From: Phoronis australis | Taxonomy: Eukaryota > Animalia > Phoronida | Reading direction: 5' to 3' | Assembly (NCBI GenBank): GCA_002633005.1 | Contig: NMRA01000266.1 | Location: forward strand, 391,925 to 455,924 | DNA: 64,000 nucleotides | Shown here: one piece after another, positions 40,001 to 54,500 of the stretch | How positions within the stretch are numbered: position 1 is the first letter of the stretch | Layout: each line of letters opens with the position of its first letter | Translations under genes and position numbers: made by a program | Notes under the pieces: model-generated | Database searches by the model: none | Seen by the model: only the letters and a program-made list of their open reading frames with translations | Told to the model about the DNA's origin: nothing

Positions 40001-43000
40001 TTGCTGCTCTCCTATTGTGATGGAGAACAAATTGAGGTTTTGTGTGGAGCATTAGTGCAAATTCACCGAAAAATGATGGCAAAGAAATGTCTGCATGTGA
40101 ATTCCGGTATTTCTTCACCGGCCTTGTCACCACTCATGTGAACAGAGTAAAAGAGATAACAATTGATGTCTTCTCAACAAAGCGAGGCCAGACATAAAAG
40201 TACGGACATTACAATTCAAGTGTTGACATTGGTACGTTCTTCTTGGACATTATTGATTTGTACAAGCTATCTGTTTGCTCGCAGCGAAACTGTGTATTTT
40301 ATTGTTGATGGTTAAACCGTATCCTGTCTTGTATTGCCTTGTGAGTGGGTATGTCATGTACTTTAGTGTTGTTTGCAGTATTTTAATCACAAACGGTACC
40401 AAGGTCCAGTATTTTGTAGTAAAGCATCAACCTTAGCAACAACAGCAATGCAAAATGTCCTAAAATTTCCGTGATCTTGTAAAACTTATTTAAACTCGTA
40501 TTGTGCATAAATGTAGCAGTCTTACTGGAGTTTTGTAGAGAAATAGTGCTTTTGTTTTTACATATATATTGTATGGACATTCTGCATCATGGCTCACTAG
40601 TGGAAATTATTCCCCTACGTTCTGAATATTGCTTGCCTGTGGCTTCATTACGTGTCTCTCCAAGTAGCGATTACTTGGGTTGTGGAAATTTCATTGGCTG
40701 CTTGAAAAATGACTCCTGAGAATGCCTCAGCCTGGTGTATGTATTTGTTTGTCAGTCTCAAAGTAACTGAGCTTAGATATGTCAGGTTGGATTTACTGCT
40801 GGGCATCACTTTGAGCGGCTCCATCTCTGGTCAAACTATGATACTATTACACAAGAGGTAAGGTTGGACATCTGCTTTGGATTTTGACAGTGTATCAGGA
40901 GGCAGCTGTTTCATTACTAATTTGTAAATATTGCTAGGTGTTGTTGAATTGGTATTCTTTTTGGGTAAATAAAAGGGATTAGGTGACTGTTGGTGTTTAG
41001 ATATGTCATTATCATTTCTGTTGTGTTTTCAGCGATTTTTGTTTGGGTTGTTAAAATTGTTGAAATATTCATGTCATTGAGTCATTGAATAACAAAAGAT
41101 TTATTGTTACGATAAGGGTGCACTGATTCATATCACTGCATGACTATTGATCTCTACAAATTTGTCAGACAAACATATATGGTTTCCATACTAGTCATTG
41201 TTTGACAGCTTTAGAAATGCTAAATGTTCTGGTGTGTGCAGCCAGGCGTAAAGTCATAGTTGACTGTTTGTGCCTCTTGATTTTGGCCTGTATTGGTGAG
41301 TTGATACCGAGTGTTTGTATTATTGGGACCCTTGTTTTCCGTGAAAATGGAAACTGGTCGGAATGCTCGAAATCTGACTTCCTATTCAGAATCAAAAATT
41401 TCCATCCAAATTATAGTTCAGTTGCTACAATTCCTATGCCATCGGTATTGATTACCAAAAATTAGAATATGATTTGAATATGCCAATCTCAATATGGCAT
41501 GGAAAATATGTTGCAAATATTTAAGTCGTGTCTGCATGGTTTACAGAAGGTCCTGGGTTCGAGTCCCGGTCGGGGCGGAAATCTTTTCAGACTTATGTTC
41601 ATTAGGTAACGTGATGTGGCCAACAGATGGCGTGCAGACACAACTTAAATGTTTGTAAGAATAGGATCTGTCAAATTTGACAATTCTAGCCATAATTAGA
41701 TTGATGATGGTACCTACTAACTTAACATGAGAACTTCTCGCCTAAACAGGAAACTGTACGAGGGGGGATTAACATTAGCGCTGAGAAAAATATATGTTCC
41801 TTGCATGGTTTGAACTTTGACTTGTGATTAAACAACATATGACCAAATTTGTTTATTTACAGGGTTGTGATATAATTTTATGTTAAAGAGAGTACAAGTG
41901 GAGTAACTGTGTTTTGGAAAATAAGTCACGGAATCGGAATTCCGTTAAAAATTCTTCAGACAAAAGTATTTGCTCAAGCTGTCATTTTATTATTTTATTT
42001 TTCAAAGGCTTATAATATTAAGTTATTGCAAATTTTCTAAAATTTGTCGAATGTTTTGCAATAGCTACACACCAAGCTAAAAGCAAAGCAAGGGAAATTT
42101 TCTTCTATAAAATTTATTTCTTTTGAGCAGTTTGACAAAATGAAAGAAATTTCAACTGTCCACCAGCAGATCCTGTCTCCTCAACCTGAAGAGCTTTTAC
42201 CATCACCTGAGTGGTTATCCAACATTGCCATCATTTAATTCACCATCAAGTTACATAACACAATTGCATTTCAATGCATTTATGGTCATTAGTATAAATT
42301 AGATTTTCCACATTCACTAACTAGAGGAATGAATTCTAGGAACCAGGCATTCTGAAGCATCAGTCAATTGTGTGTGTGTGAGAACAGCCCAGGGCTTTGT
42401 ATGTGTCAGGGTTTGGAAACAACCTGCGCTTTGCACCTGAGTCATACTAGTAAAGACCTACGTAGATGAGTGGTTGCGAGTTGCACTGTTGTTCTCGGCT
42501 CACTGCTCGATGCGGGTTTCTCTACCCACAGTAAAAAGTGTTCAATAATCTGTTACTATGTTTGTAGTGAACAACTTATATGTGATACATACGGTTAGAA
42601 GGAGCCAATGAGAGAGATATGTTGTTGTCAGGTGATGCAATAGTTCATTTTCATTGGCTATGGAATGTAAGTGGCAAAGCTTTTAACTCACCTTGGCTAC
42701 ATACTGTGGGGATTTATAATCTCCAGGTGAAAGAAATTCAAAAAGTTGGACATGCAGTTGAGACGCGTAGCTCTCAGTCTTCGCTGGCTTGTAACGTGCA
42801 TGAGTTCTTATTGTCAATTTGGGATTTGGTATGATGAACAGTGAAATTTTTTAATTTTTTTATAGAAGAAAGGTTCTATCAAATCAATGCAAGCTTGCCA
42901 CTGTAGGCTCCCTCAAACAATAATTTTGAAAAACTAGTTATTCACAACAATATTACAAGCGACTGGCAATTTTGGCATTTTTCAAAAATTTGTGAGATAT

Positions 43001-46000
43001 TGCTTTATGAAGGTTGGTTACTGTTTTAGCTTTTACATCACAATATTATTTATAATGCTTTTACACGGTTGTTACTACACTTTCTCGTGACAGTGGCGCA
43101 GCCTGGTGACATCTTGTGTTGTCCCAGATGAAATAAATATAAAGAATTTTGATATTGAAAATGTAGACATCGTTGCAGACACACATCTTAAGAAAATCTG
43201 AACACAGCTTTCTCAATTATGTAGCTTCAGTAACGTCACAGCGGCATTAGCCAATAGGAATAAGCTTCAAAAAATTCTGAAACGGTTCTGGAGAAAAATA
43301 AAGGGGTCCATGTTGTGTGTTGTTTACCATTCATTTTTAATCCAAAACAACAAACTGGCAAACAGTTTTCACTTCAGTCTTTTTTTGAATATTTTGGTCT
43401 GAGTTCTGTACCGTTTCTTGGCCCTGCCCAGGAGTATTTATATGCTATGTGCGTAGGTTAGTAATGTCTTTCTGAGCTGACAATACTTTTATTGTCCTTG
43501 GTGACAGTAATTTCACTGTGAGTGTTGCATTGAGACAGGTATGTTGTACCTGACCCAGACATAGAGAATGGCAGGTAATTGTTGGATTTTATGATAAGTT
43601 TAAAGTAAGGATCCTATAAAGGAAATACCTCTAGAGTTGATACATAAAGGTCAGTGGTCATCTGTTTTCCAGTGTGGTTTTCTAGTGTGAAGTTCTGATT
43701 TCGTTTCTGTTTCTCTGCATTTTGCATCTTCCTTGGAAAGTTTCTAGATTAGTTCAGTTTCAGGTTTGATTTGCAGGTTACACTAATCCTGGACCATCAG
43801 TTTTGTAACGCAACTTCTGAAAATTAGCCTCGTTGAAAGTCATGTCTAGGAAACTGAATGTATGTATCCTGATTGAAACCGAATCAATGTACATGTATCT
43901 ATATTTTTGTCTCAACAAAATAATGCATTTAACTTGACCCACTCACACTCCTGTAGGCATCTTGTTCTTCATCCATAAATTCTAATGTATTCGATGCTGT
44001 TTAGGTTTTGTGAAGAACATTTGAGCAATATCCAAAATTGGCGAACTTCACAACATAATTCAGAAATGGCCGATAAGATTCATACTGACGTTACATATTA
44101 TGCATTATGCAATGTTCTAAAGTTGCGTTAATTGAAAACGAAATGATCATTTCAAAAGTAACAGCGTTTTAGAGATTCGAGTTAAACATTTCCATCAGAC
44201 GAAATTTTATGGTGTTCTTGATACCCCTGTTTTGCTGGAAATTTACTTTCTGTTTTGCTGTAATTTACTAAAGTACATGGTCACCGGACCCAACTTTATT
44301 GACATGAAGTCAAAAATCAAATTGTACGGTTTTTCTTTTTTCATAAAATGTATGCTTTTACCAATTGATATCTTATTCCTTCCTGTGCATTGGGCTGATT
44401 TGCACAGACTGGTTGATAAGGGTTATGCAACATAATAGTGCATGCCTGACCAAGGCTATTCCAGCACTAGTCTTCTGTTCAAGCCTTGATATCAGGGAAT
44501 TAGACATAGTGACATTTACCCACAATGCTATGCAGTGTGGAGTGTACTCTTGTAGAGTTCATTGATCAATGTTTTTGTTGTTATCAGCGTCTGGTATTTT
44601 CGATTCAGTTCACTAAGTGTGTTTGTGGTATTTCGCTTGGTTAGGTTTGAAAACATTCTCCCCTGATTATTCATGTCATTGATGGATAATGTGTTTTTAG
44701 ACTAACCATGGCGGAGATGTGGGACACGGGTCATCAAGCGAGATGCTTAATGGCAACACTTGAATCTTGCAATATTTGGCATAGCCACGATGATGCAGTG
44801 TCGTTGCACACTTTCATAGCCTCATTTTCGCGCCTTTGGAATTTGTCGTTATTTGTTGGTGTCTAGGTTTTTACAAATTTTTCATGGCTGCGTTACTGTA
44901 TTGGCTCTTAAAATGGTGACAAAGTTTTACTGCTGTGCTGTGGGCTGCAGCTGCGTCGAAAGTCTGACGAACTTGACAAGTATCTGGATGTGAAATGTTT
45001 TCCAATATAATCCCCAGAATCAGCCCGACTTTTCCAAAACAAGGCCAATGCTTCGATGCATTTTCCTACCTCCTTGACAAAGGAGAGTTCCGTATTACCA
45101 CGCTAGTGGTGTGATTTTTTTATCTCGTATGAACGTTGCTTTTTTCCAACTGTGTGTTCCTAACCTAGGGTCTCATTCTGCATTGCTAGAAATTTATTAT
45201 TGTGCAAAATTCTTGCTTGATTTAGGTAACACAATTAAGGTTTGACTGTAACAGCCATATTTTGTGAAGTTTGTGAAGTTTGAGGCACCAATGTCTTCCT
45301 GATTACACTGTACTTCAATTTGCCCGCAAGGTGTCACAAAGCCACGGTGCATTTTTGTGCAGTCTGTCTAATCTGCATCTTGTTGCAGGTACCTCAAGCG
45401 CAGCGTGAGCGTGCCTCATCGCGTACTCGTCCATCCTCCGGACGTTGACGACCGGCCAAAGTCAGACGGGCTCAGCTACCAAGACGCGTGTGCTGCAGGG
45501 GAGCTGCCGAGCGTGCGTGACCGGTACGGTCGCAATCACAGTTTCTCCGGGGTGTCGACAAGTTCACCTCATACGGTAAACGCCATTTGTTTCACAGTCA
45601 CATGCTCTAAGAGGTTCACTGATTTGCTCCCCCTCAATGAAATGTCAGTGTAGTCTAACAATTACTGAAGTGCTGCATTCACATTCTGATTAAAAGCTGT
45701 ACTTAAGATTGTTCTCTGCTTTCCACTTAGCAATGCTTCCGGTGACTGACCGTGTGCTCATCCAAATTTTCAGTATTGCATCCGAAATGAGTTTCCCAGT
45801 TTCTCTGGGCATCCATGACCTATGACCACAGGCCAGATTGTCCAGAGGGCCTCTAAAACTGTCGCATGTTGCCCCGGTTGCGTCCTTCTTTAGTTCAAAT
45901 AATTTAAATTCTTCAACACCTCCGCACCCTGCCCTAGTTTCTATCATTTCTCCTTGCCACCCTTCCAAAGTTTCTATTCTTAACTCCGTAACTTCCTGTT

Positions 46001-49000
46001 TACCTGCTGAGGTGGGCCTTACTGATTGAAATTTATGGCAATTAACTGCTTCGTTATAATGTCATTCCAAGTCTTCAGTGGCATACAGTTGCTATTTCGC
46101 TCGCATTTTTTGTGACTGTCTGTGAATACCTGGTTATATGGAAGGCTGTGCACATCATACCTTGGCGGAAGTACATTAGGGTTAACTGAACTGGTGTCTG
46201 GCAATGACATGTGTTTAGTATCTGTAGGGATAGAGTGGAATGTTGATGGTGGCAGTGACAACGATGTTGTCTCTTGAAACGGTAAAAATACGGTAATATT
46301 TCTCCTGTTTGGGATTGTGGAAAAAATAATTATTTCATTCAATGACATACCTTGCTTCAAGTTTGAGAAATTCGCAATGTTGAACGTCATAGATTTAAGG
46401 CCATTGGCAGCAGATTTTTCTGACATGGAAAGGTCAGGGTTACTTTTTATGGATTGACAAATGTATTTTCAGTCCCTGTTATGCAAAATTGATTCACAAT
46501 TTGAGAGATGCGATACGTGCACAAATCACCCATGTCCCAAATTTCGGAATCGGGGAAATTAAACCTCACCTTGGATTTTTGTGTCCCAAATTTTTTAGAG
46601 TGTGCCAAACTGGAGAATTTTTACCGTAATAGTTTACTACGATCTCTTCAGTTTTGGCTTTTGACGAATGTATTTGAAAGTTCCAGGCATGCTTTATTTT
46701 ACAAAAACACGTTTGCAATTTTAGAAACCTACTTCCAGCTTCAATCCTAACTTCCAAAAGCTCGGCCTCCTGGCAGCACCATTTGCAATCTGCAGAATCA
46801 TTACATTTATTTTTATCACAATGGTGTACAACTGACAAATTTGCCTCATACTTCAAATACAAATGTGTTGTGGAATTGATGGCCAAGTTAGTTGTGAAAA
46901 GGCAAATGGCAAATTGCTAAAATGCCGTTTCTCGCCTAAGGTATCTCACATCTCTCACATGTAAGATCCTGCCGATGGTGTTTGCAACCAGCGGTTATGT
47001 CATACACCCCTTGAGCAGCATTTCGCCTTTTTGCAGTTTAATTGTTGGCTGCAAACAGTAATTGTACAGTTGTACAGATATCGGGTCCTCAATAGCTCAG
47101 TGGTGAGAGCATTGGGTCTGTGCTCCCATCGCAAAAGCAGTATCACGCTTGTGCGCCATCTGCTGGGCATTTGTGTTCATTGTAGCTATTAAGGCTGCGA
47201 AGTTTTGTTGGCGATGAAAATAGACCAACGTACTAGAACCTCAATTTTGCTCATCAAAAAGTTCCGGAAGAAATAGATCATTAGTAAATTGTTTGGCATT
47301 TCCAGACTGACTTTACCATTTTTTGTGGACGGCACGAATACTCGAATCATTACTGAGTTCTACTAATTATTTTCTTAGATGTCTTCTCAGATTTCTATGA
47401 AATGCCTTGGTAATGGTGCCTATAGGAAAGGTGTTATGACCTCCCCTACCATTAAAATGAAAATGACTATGGTGTAAGAATTCCCTGGTTCCTCTGGTTG
47501 TTGGTAGGTGGCGTGGTGGTCATGTCAGTGACTGTAAGACTGTGTGTGTGTCCTTCTCAGTAGAGAAATGAGAGATGGTGTTCCCCTGAGATAAATTGGA
47601 ATGGTGTAATTGAAACTATGACGTTATGGGTGACCTTGAAACAGCAACATGGTGACTGGTCAGTGGGACCAGATACCAGTGGCCTCTAGAGGGCTAGGAG
47701 ACACTTTATAACGTGTGTTTAAGACACAATACGTCTAATCACTCAAAACGTAAATTTAAAGGTTTCCCCTAGGCCATCTGCTGTGACGACAGAGTACCTC
47801 CTGATACAGCTAGGTGGCTCTGTGAGTCACTAATCTCACACAATCAGACCCCATTGCTTCCTGAAAATCGCCCATTGTTTTCTGATTTTTGGTTAAAGGA
47901 TGTGATCTTATGGCACGGCGAAGACGTGATACCAAAAGTGCGTGAAAACTAAGTCTTTTGACGACTTGCATGAGATTTGGACCGAACTGGCGTAAGATAG
48001 ACTTTACAAAATGCTATGGACATAAAAATGTTTGAAAATTTTATCCAGAGTTTCCATGGAAACTTGACAAATAATTGATGTGAAGTTTATGAACACATGC
48101 ATGGCACCTACCCTGTTATGTGACCTTTTCTGCAAGCTAGCTTTGTTTATTGTTTAAGTTTCCATGGTGTCACATCCTAGTTTAAACCATTCAACCAGTT
48201 TTAGAATGTGAAATCAGAGACCTGGTTTGTGGGTCACTGATTAAGGTAAGCCAGCTGTTTAAGTGTGGGTGTCTATTAAACAGAATGTGGCTGTTAATTC
48301 ACCTCGTTGCCATGGTGAACACCAACCATCCTGTTGAAAATCTGGGATCCTGTGTTTAATGTCTCTATTGCTCAACAATACACATGAAAACCAACTCTTG
48401 GCATTTGGGCCAACCTTCTTATAGGTGAAGCTGTGTTGCCTAAAGAGCTGGCTTCAGACTGCTTTGAGTGGAGCCAACTATAAAGAGTTGGGATGAGTCT
48501 TTGCAGCTTTTCCACATAATTGGAGACTAACTCTTTTTGAAAGATGTACCTGATTAGTCTGCGGGCGGTATTGGCGTTGAATTCTCGTCTACAGCGAGAG
48601 ATTTTCTGCTTGGATTGAACGCGTGAACCTGGTTTTATAGAGTTCTGCAGCAGTCTCTGAAGCATCACATCATTGGCTTGATGAAGCCATGTAGCTCTAA
48701 AGAACATGTTTGTGTGTAGTGGCATGCCAAGGGTCTGTCTGTGTAAAGTTTCAAAGTTGAAGCGGGGATGCCTGACAAGTTGTGAAGTACTAAGGTCTTT
48801 AACTGTTAACACATTAGGATTGTTACATGCGATCGAGGGTTACACTGTGGTGCTTTGATGCTGACAGACTATATTTCAACTTGAATCTCTTGTGACTTGG
48901 TTCGTGCCACTTACGAAACGTTCACGGAATGATTAAGTATTCGCACTGTTATCAACATCACCGATCTGTCTCCATTGATTTCTTTTGCTTAAGAAATCTC

Positions 49001-52000
49001 GCTTTCCTTTCCGTAATTGGCTCACCAGTTGACCGGTAACTTCAGCTTCTCTTTCTTACAACCGCAACGCTCCCCCTCGTGAAGTGACTCCGGTGACTCG
49101 TCAGACTCTCTGATCACTATAGGATACATTTCCGATGAATCTGACCGCACGAAGCGACCTGGAATGACCTACATGTCCTTGTATCAATAGCACTGGAATC
49201 ATTCATTCATCTCGGCTTCATCTCTGTTGGTGTCACGTGACTCTCTGATCACAATAACTCAGCGTGGAGTATAGACTGCTTTGCAGTACGCGATAGAAAA
49301 TTTTGATGGCGTCTAAGATCAACATGTCGGGTCTCAGGAGACGTTCTTTGTTGTGGTCGTTTGTGGCAAGTATCTCAGTCAACAGTGACTCGAAACTCCC
49401 CAGAGAGATAATGAACGGATTTTATGGGATAATTGAGCTCTGGTAACAAGCAATTAAGCAGAAATTAAGTGTGTTCACAAACTTTGAAAATAGGCTCTAT
49501 CAACGATACCTAACACAATAATTATGATCAACACAAGCAGTCTGTCACTTTTGCGTGACATACAAGGGGGATGGCAATTTGTGATATTTGAAGAATATAA
49601 TGAGCATGAAAACTGCTTTTGTCTCGGTCTCCAGAATCCAGAAAATGTTAAGTTCAATTCTGGTGTTTTCAAAATTTAGAGACTGTTAAATATCACAGCT
49701 GGTATGCACTGCTGGTTTAGTAAATCTTGGCAACTTCTTAGAAAAGGGCAGTTATTGTTTTGCAAGGCTTGGAATTTTCCTCTTTTTTGGTTTCGATTTC
49801 CTCTTGTTTGATATCCAGTTTCCTCATTTTCCATCTCTTTTTATCATTATTTTGACTTTATTCACGCAAAAACGTTTGCTTAAATTTTACAACACAAAGA
49901 TATTTCTATCACACAAGCAAGCCTATTTGTGGAATGATTCATTATTACCTGGAAGTTTTTCTTCTTTTATATCATTGTTCATTCCATAGCCCTGGTTTTA
50001 AGTCAATGTTAGACACAAAACAATTTTATGGAAAGTTCATCATTTTTTGTGTCGCTTAGCTCCAGTCAATGACATCCTCTAGTGATCATTCACAGAACTA
50101 GTTTTAACTCCCTCTAGTGTGTATTTATGGAACACTTGTATTGATTATGGTGTGGAGAAAGACAGCTTACAAATTTGAACTTATTGAGTTTGGCTTTCAG
50201 CAATAACAGCCAGTGTGTGCTTCCCAAAGTTGCTGTAAATTGAGATTCTGTTGATGTAAAGTTGCTAATTATGTGTTATTTAACATCCTGAAGATAATTT
50301 ATGGACTGCATCTCAACAGTTTTTGCTGTTCACATCACCACCTCTAACGGTGAATGTTTGCCTGACATTTCTGAAAGTGAGGCACAGCTACACTTTTCTA
50401 ACTGAGAGGTTGATTTTCCAACGTTTAGCTGACAGTAAATATCATCGGTGTCACAATGTAAGGTCTTAACATTTGATTGTGATAACATTATTTGGTTCCG
50501 CCCAAATTTTTGAGTGCTCTCCAATTCCTGGCAGCCAACACTGACATTGGGTTCGTGTCGCAGCCAACTTCCTTGTGGTATAACTAACATCCTCCTATCG
50601 TCTGTGTCATTGACAGGTTGGGCGATAGGGGGACATCAACAATAAGATTACTGCAGCCATGTTCTTAGTTTTGATTTTTATTGTCCTTTGTGGACAATGA
50701 CCTTCAATGCTGAGTAAAGTTCAAATATCATTCCGTTTCACTTTTTTGTGAAAATATGACGTAAACACCGTTATTTTATTTATATAAAGGGTTATACCCC
50801 AGTGTCATGTGTGAAATGGGCAAAAAGTGACCACTGTGATTCACTGAGGTTCTGTGGGCTACAGACTGTATGTCCTGTTAATGTTGTCTTAGACACTCAG
50901 TTTCTTGACTTTACATTTTAATTATTGGTTGAACCTGCAGGGTTTCAGTTAAAATGCAGCTTGAGTTGGCTTTCTTTACTGGTAGCTTTTGAAAGATGTA
51001 GACACGTGGTTGAACGCTCAAGAATGTGATTTGTTGTGAAAGCCAAACTTCTTTAGCCCAAGTTAAAAGCTTACTAACAACGCGTTCTATGAATAGGCAC
51101 TCTCGACGGTGATGGATGCTCAGTGGCATTTTTCCTTAAGACAACTCGTAGAAGCTTGAGGGAGTCTTTATTGGTGCTTCATCTTCCCTGTTTCGTCTTT
51201 CAGATTCCAGAGGAGTCAACAGACTCTACCAGTAAACGTTGGAGCCTGCCCAGAATGAACAAAAGTTATGACGCTGTTGTCTTCGATGTCCTACGGGTCT
51301 CGCCCGAAGATTTCGCTGTAAGTTCAGAACCGTCTCGTTGCTCGTAGGTGAAATCTCTTCAGTTTAGCACGCAATATAGAGTAATAACCAAATTTGGATC
51401 ATTCCCATTTGACAAGAAATTTTGTCCAACAGGACCAGTGGGACAGTGGATAAAGGCTACGTTTTCAGCCCGGGACATTTTGTTGCAATGTCCTGTTTGC
51501 ATATTATTTCTATTTAGCAAATCCACCGTGCCAGAACCAGAACTTGATGACATGGTCAAATCAGAAAACTTTAAAACCGTTGCACAAGTTTCGCTGCTTT
51601 AAATCAAGACTAAAATATATCAGTTTCTAAAAATATGGTTCTACGTTGAACTTCACCTTGAGTGGAGTCACATAATGTCATCAGTTTTGACACTGTGTGG
51701 CAGTTCTAGGCCTCATTGCCCTTCCCTTGCTCCCGGTAATCTGCCACATTGATTCACAGACTTCTACCTCAACACTTTTCCAAATGGCAGCTGCTGCATG
51801 GAACTGTCCACCAGACCACATTTGATTAATGGCTGTTGCCTGAGAGTGATGTCACTGGCCCACCAAACAACTGCATGAGGCATATCACCTAACCACACAA
51901 ACCCACAGTGTTGATAATATTGGCTAAACACAAAACAAAACAATCATATTGACTGTTATGTGTGTTATCCAAACACCAGCCCACTCACTGCATGTTTGTG

Positions 52001-54462
52001 TACAAATACTGACCCACTGGAATGTTTGAGTAAAGTTGTCACATCCCTGTTGTACATAATCATTGACTGGTAATGAGAAAAGCTAACAAAACAGATGTCA
52101 GTGACCACCAGTCCAGTCCTTTTATAGAGGGTGACTAAACAATTGAAACAATTGAACATTTGCAAGCTGTTGTGGCTTTGTTGATTAGGTTATGCAAGAC
52201 CATACAAAGATGCTCCATGTTGGCAAACTTCGGACTATGATATCTCTACTTTTTAATATTTACTTTGAAAGTAGTAATTGAATTGGATCGTTTAATTTCT
52301 GGGCGAAGAGAATTCCATATTGTAGCAGCTGCATAGATAAAAGATCTCTTGCCCATCTCGGTTTTAATTTTTTTAGAAGAAAGATTGCCAATTATCAAAT
52401 TGTGTGGAATTTCTGCTTTGAGAAAATGTGTAGTTTTGATGAGTCAAATTCCTTAGTTTTGTAGATAGTTGACTACATGTAGCTCTTGTCAATTTGTCAC
52501 TCTTCAAGACCAAAATTTATCATGTCAGTGCCGAACATTTATCACGTCAGGACCAAAGTTTAACACCACATGAAAGAAAATTTAACATGTCTCAGAAACG
52601 AAAATTTATCACGCCAAAAATATTTAATGCCAGGAGATCACGTGATCCCTAAGCACACGAGGACTAACCGTTCAACAGTATCTCGTCGACGACTATCTTA
52701 GTATCATGACAGTGAGGCTGAATTTCTGACGTCTCTTCCATGATTTACAAGAGATGACAATGTAGACTTGGACACAATAGACTTGAATAATACTGAATAC
52801 TACACAGACTCAGCAGATTGTCATTGCCGGACAGCGGTCTCCTCGCATGAAAATTTTCTCTCCTGGGGTGATAAGTTTTCGAATAATTTCGGTCCTACGT
52901 AGCTCGTTAAATTTTGGTCCAGATGTAATAAGTTATGGGCTTCGAGTTGTTTCTTTTTGGTCCTGCAGATTTTTGTCCTCTTTGGCTTTCCATATAAAGC
53001 TGCTCTCAAACAAGCCATCTTGCTCAGGATTGGCGGATTGTCAAGTGGCAATGCCATTTGGTTACATAGCTGAAACAAGTTGACCGAGTGTGATAAATCA
53101 TAAGACATTTGCTTATATTCATAATTGAAATACTACTTTGAAGTGGATTTGAACTCAAGTGCCTATCAGTTCTCTGCATTACTCTTGTAATTTGAAGCGC
53201 TCGCCACATTTTTACAGGGAAATTGGTATATCCTTGTGTTTGGGTGTCTGTCAGAGTGTTGGGAATTTTGAGTGGTAACCATTGCTTTGAAACTTAATGA
53301 ATTCTGTTTTTAGTTAGTACCTGGGGCATTGGCTGATGGAAATTTTCAGACTATTTTTATTTGATTGTACACTCTCCATGGGGATTTTCATGTTGTGGAT
53401 TTGAAAGTACAGAAGTAACTCTGATGGACAGGTGAAAATTTATTTTGGCAAATTCGTCAACAAAAATAAGTTTTCAGGAAAATTTACTTTGCTCATGACA
53501 CGGTGTGTGTGAAGTAGCCTTTACCTAACAACATGTGCAAAACAATTGAGCATTTGCAGCAATGTGGTAAGCCTCTGAAAAATTAAAACTTGGCAGTATT
53601 AGCGATTGTTTTTGTCTCCAGTAACCAGCCTGGTGCTTGAAGGAATGGTATTGAAGTGTTTCAGTTGCCCAGAGAAACCTCTAAGCTCCCCTGCCAGCCA
53701 ACTTGGTCATAATTTCCAGGTCTGGTTTACAAACATCCTTTAGATCTTCTAGCAGATGTTCTGTTGATGCACACCACAGTTACAGCACTGTGTTACCTAA
53801 GGCACTTAGATGGATAATCTCATCAGTTCTGTGTTGTCTCATCACTGAGGGATAATTGATGACCACTGTGCACCTGTCAGGGATAGTGGTGACTTGTCTG
53901 GTGCTAACAATGTGACTGATGCAAGTGGGAGGGATTGTGATGCCCATTAAGGTTATCTGAGGCTATTGGAACAATGTCCAGGTTGACTTAATTCAGAACA
54001 GGAGAGATGAATGGCTGATCACATACAAAAGACAGTTTCAGATACTGTGTTTAATGTACAGTTTTCCAATGACACTTATTAGGATTGGCTGTATGGAGTG
54101 TTTCACTAAGGCATATTGTGGGTGTCAAGAATTGTGACTTTCAGGATTTTTATGAAAATCTTGTCAAAGTTGCGTAAAGTGAAAGGGTAATTTGAAAAAG
54201 GACTTTCGCACATAAGACTAAATAATTTCCAATATGTTAATTTCTGTTTTTCAAAGGATGATTGTCCTTGTGCAAAAATGGGAGTTTCATGACATCTACA
54301 CTCTACAATATGTGACTGTAATGGGCTAAAATGCTATTAATCTTTACTTTTGTGTGGCAGTTTATTAAAGTAGAATTTTACTTATGGGCCATATTGTGTG
54401 CTAAGTGTAGACTTGCAGTATTGTGTGGCTTCTATTGAAGTTAAGTATTAATAATAATAATG

Positions 54463-54500
<38 letters not shown>

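Noticed and set aside
41545-47185. Functional tRNA genes at about 41.55 kb and 47.09 kb
   Set aside because: Each has only one Pol III box and no complete cloverleaf, so they were treated as SINE or pseudogene fragments.
48372-48812. 146-aa minus-strand ORF
   Set aside because: Non-ATG start, no recognisable domain or convincing splice signals; compatible with chance.
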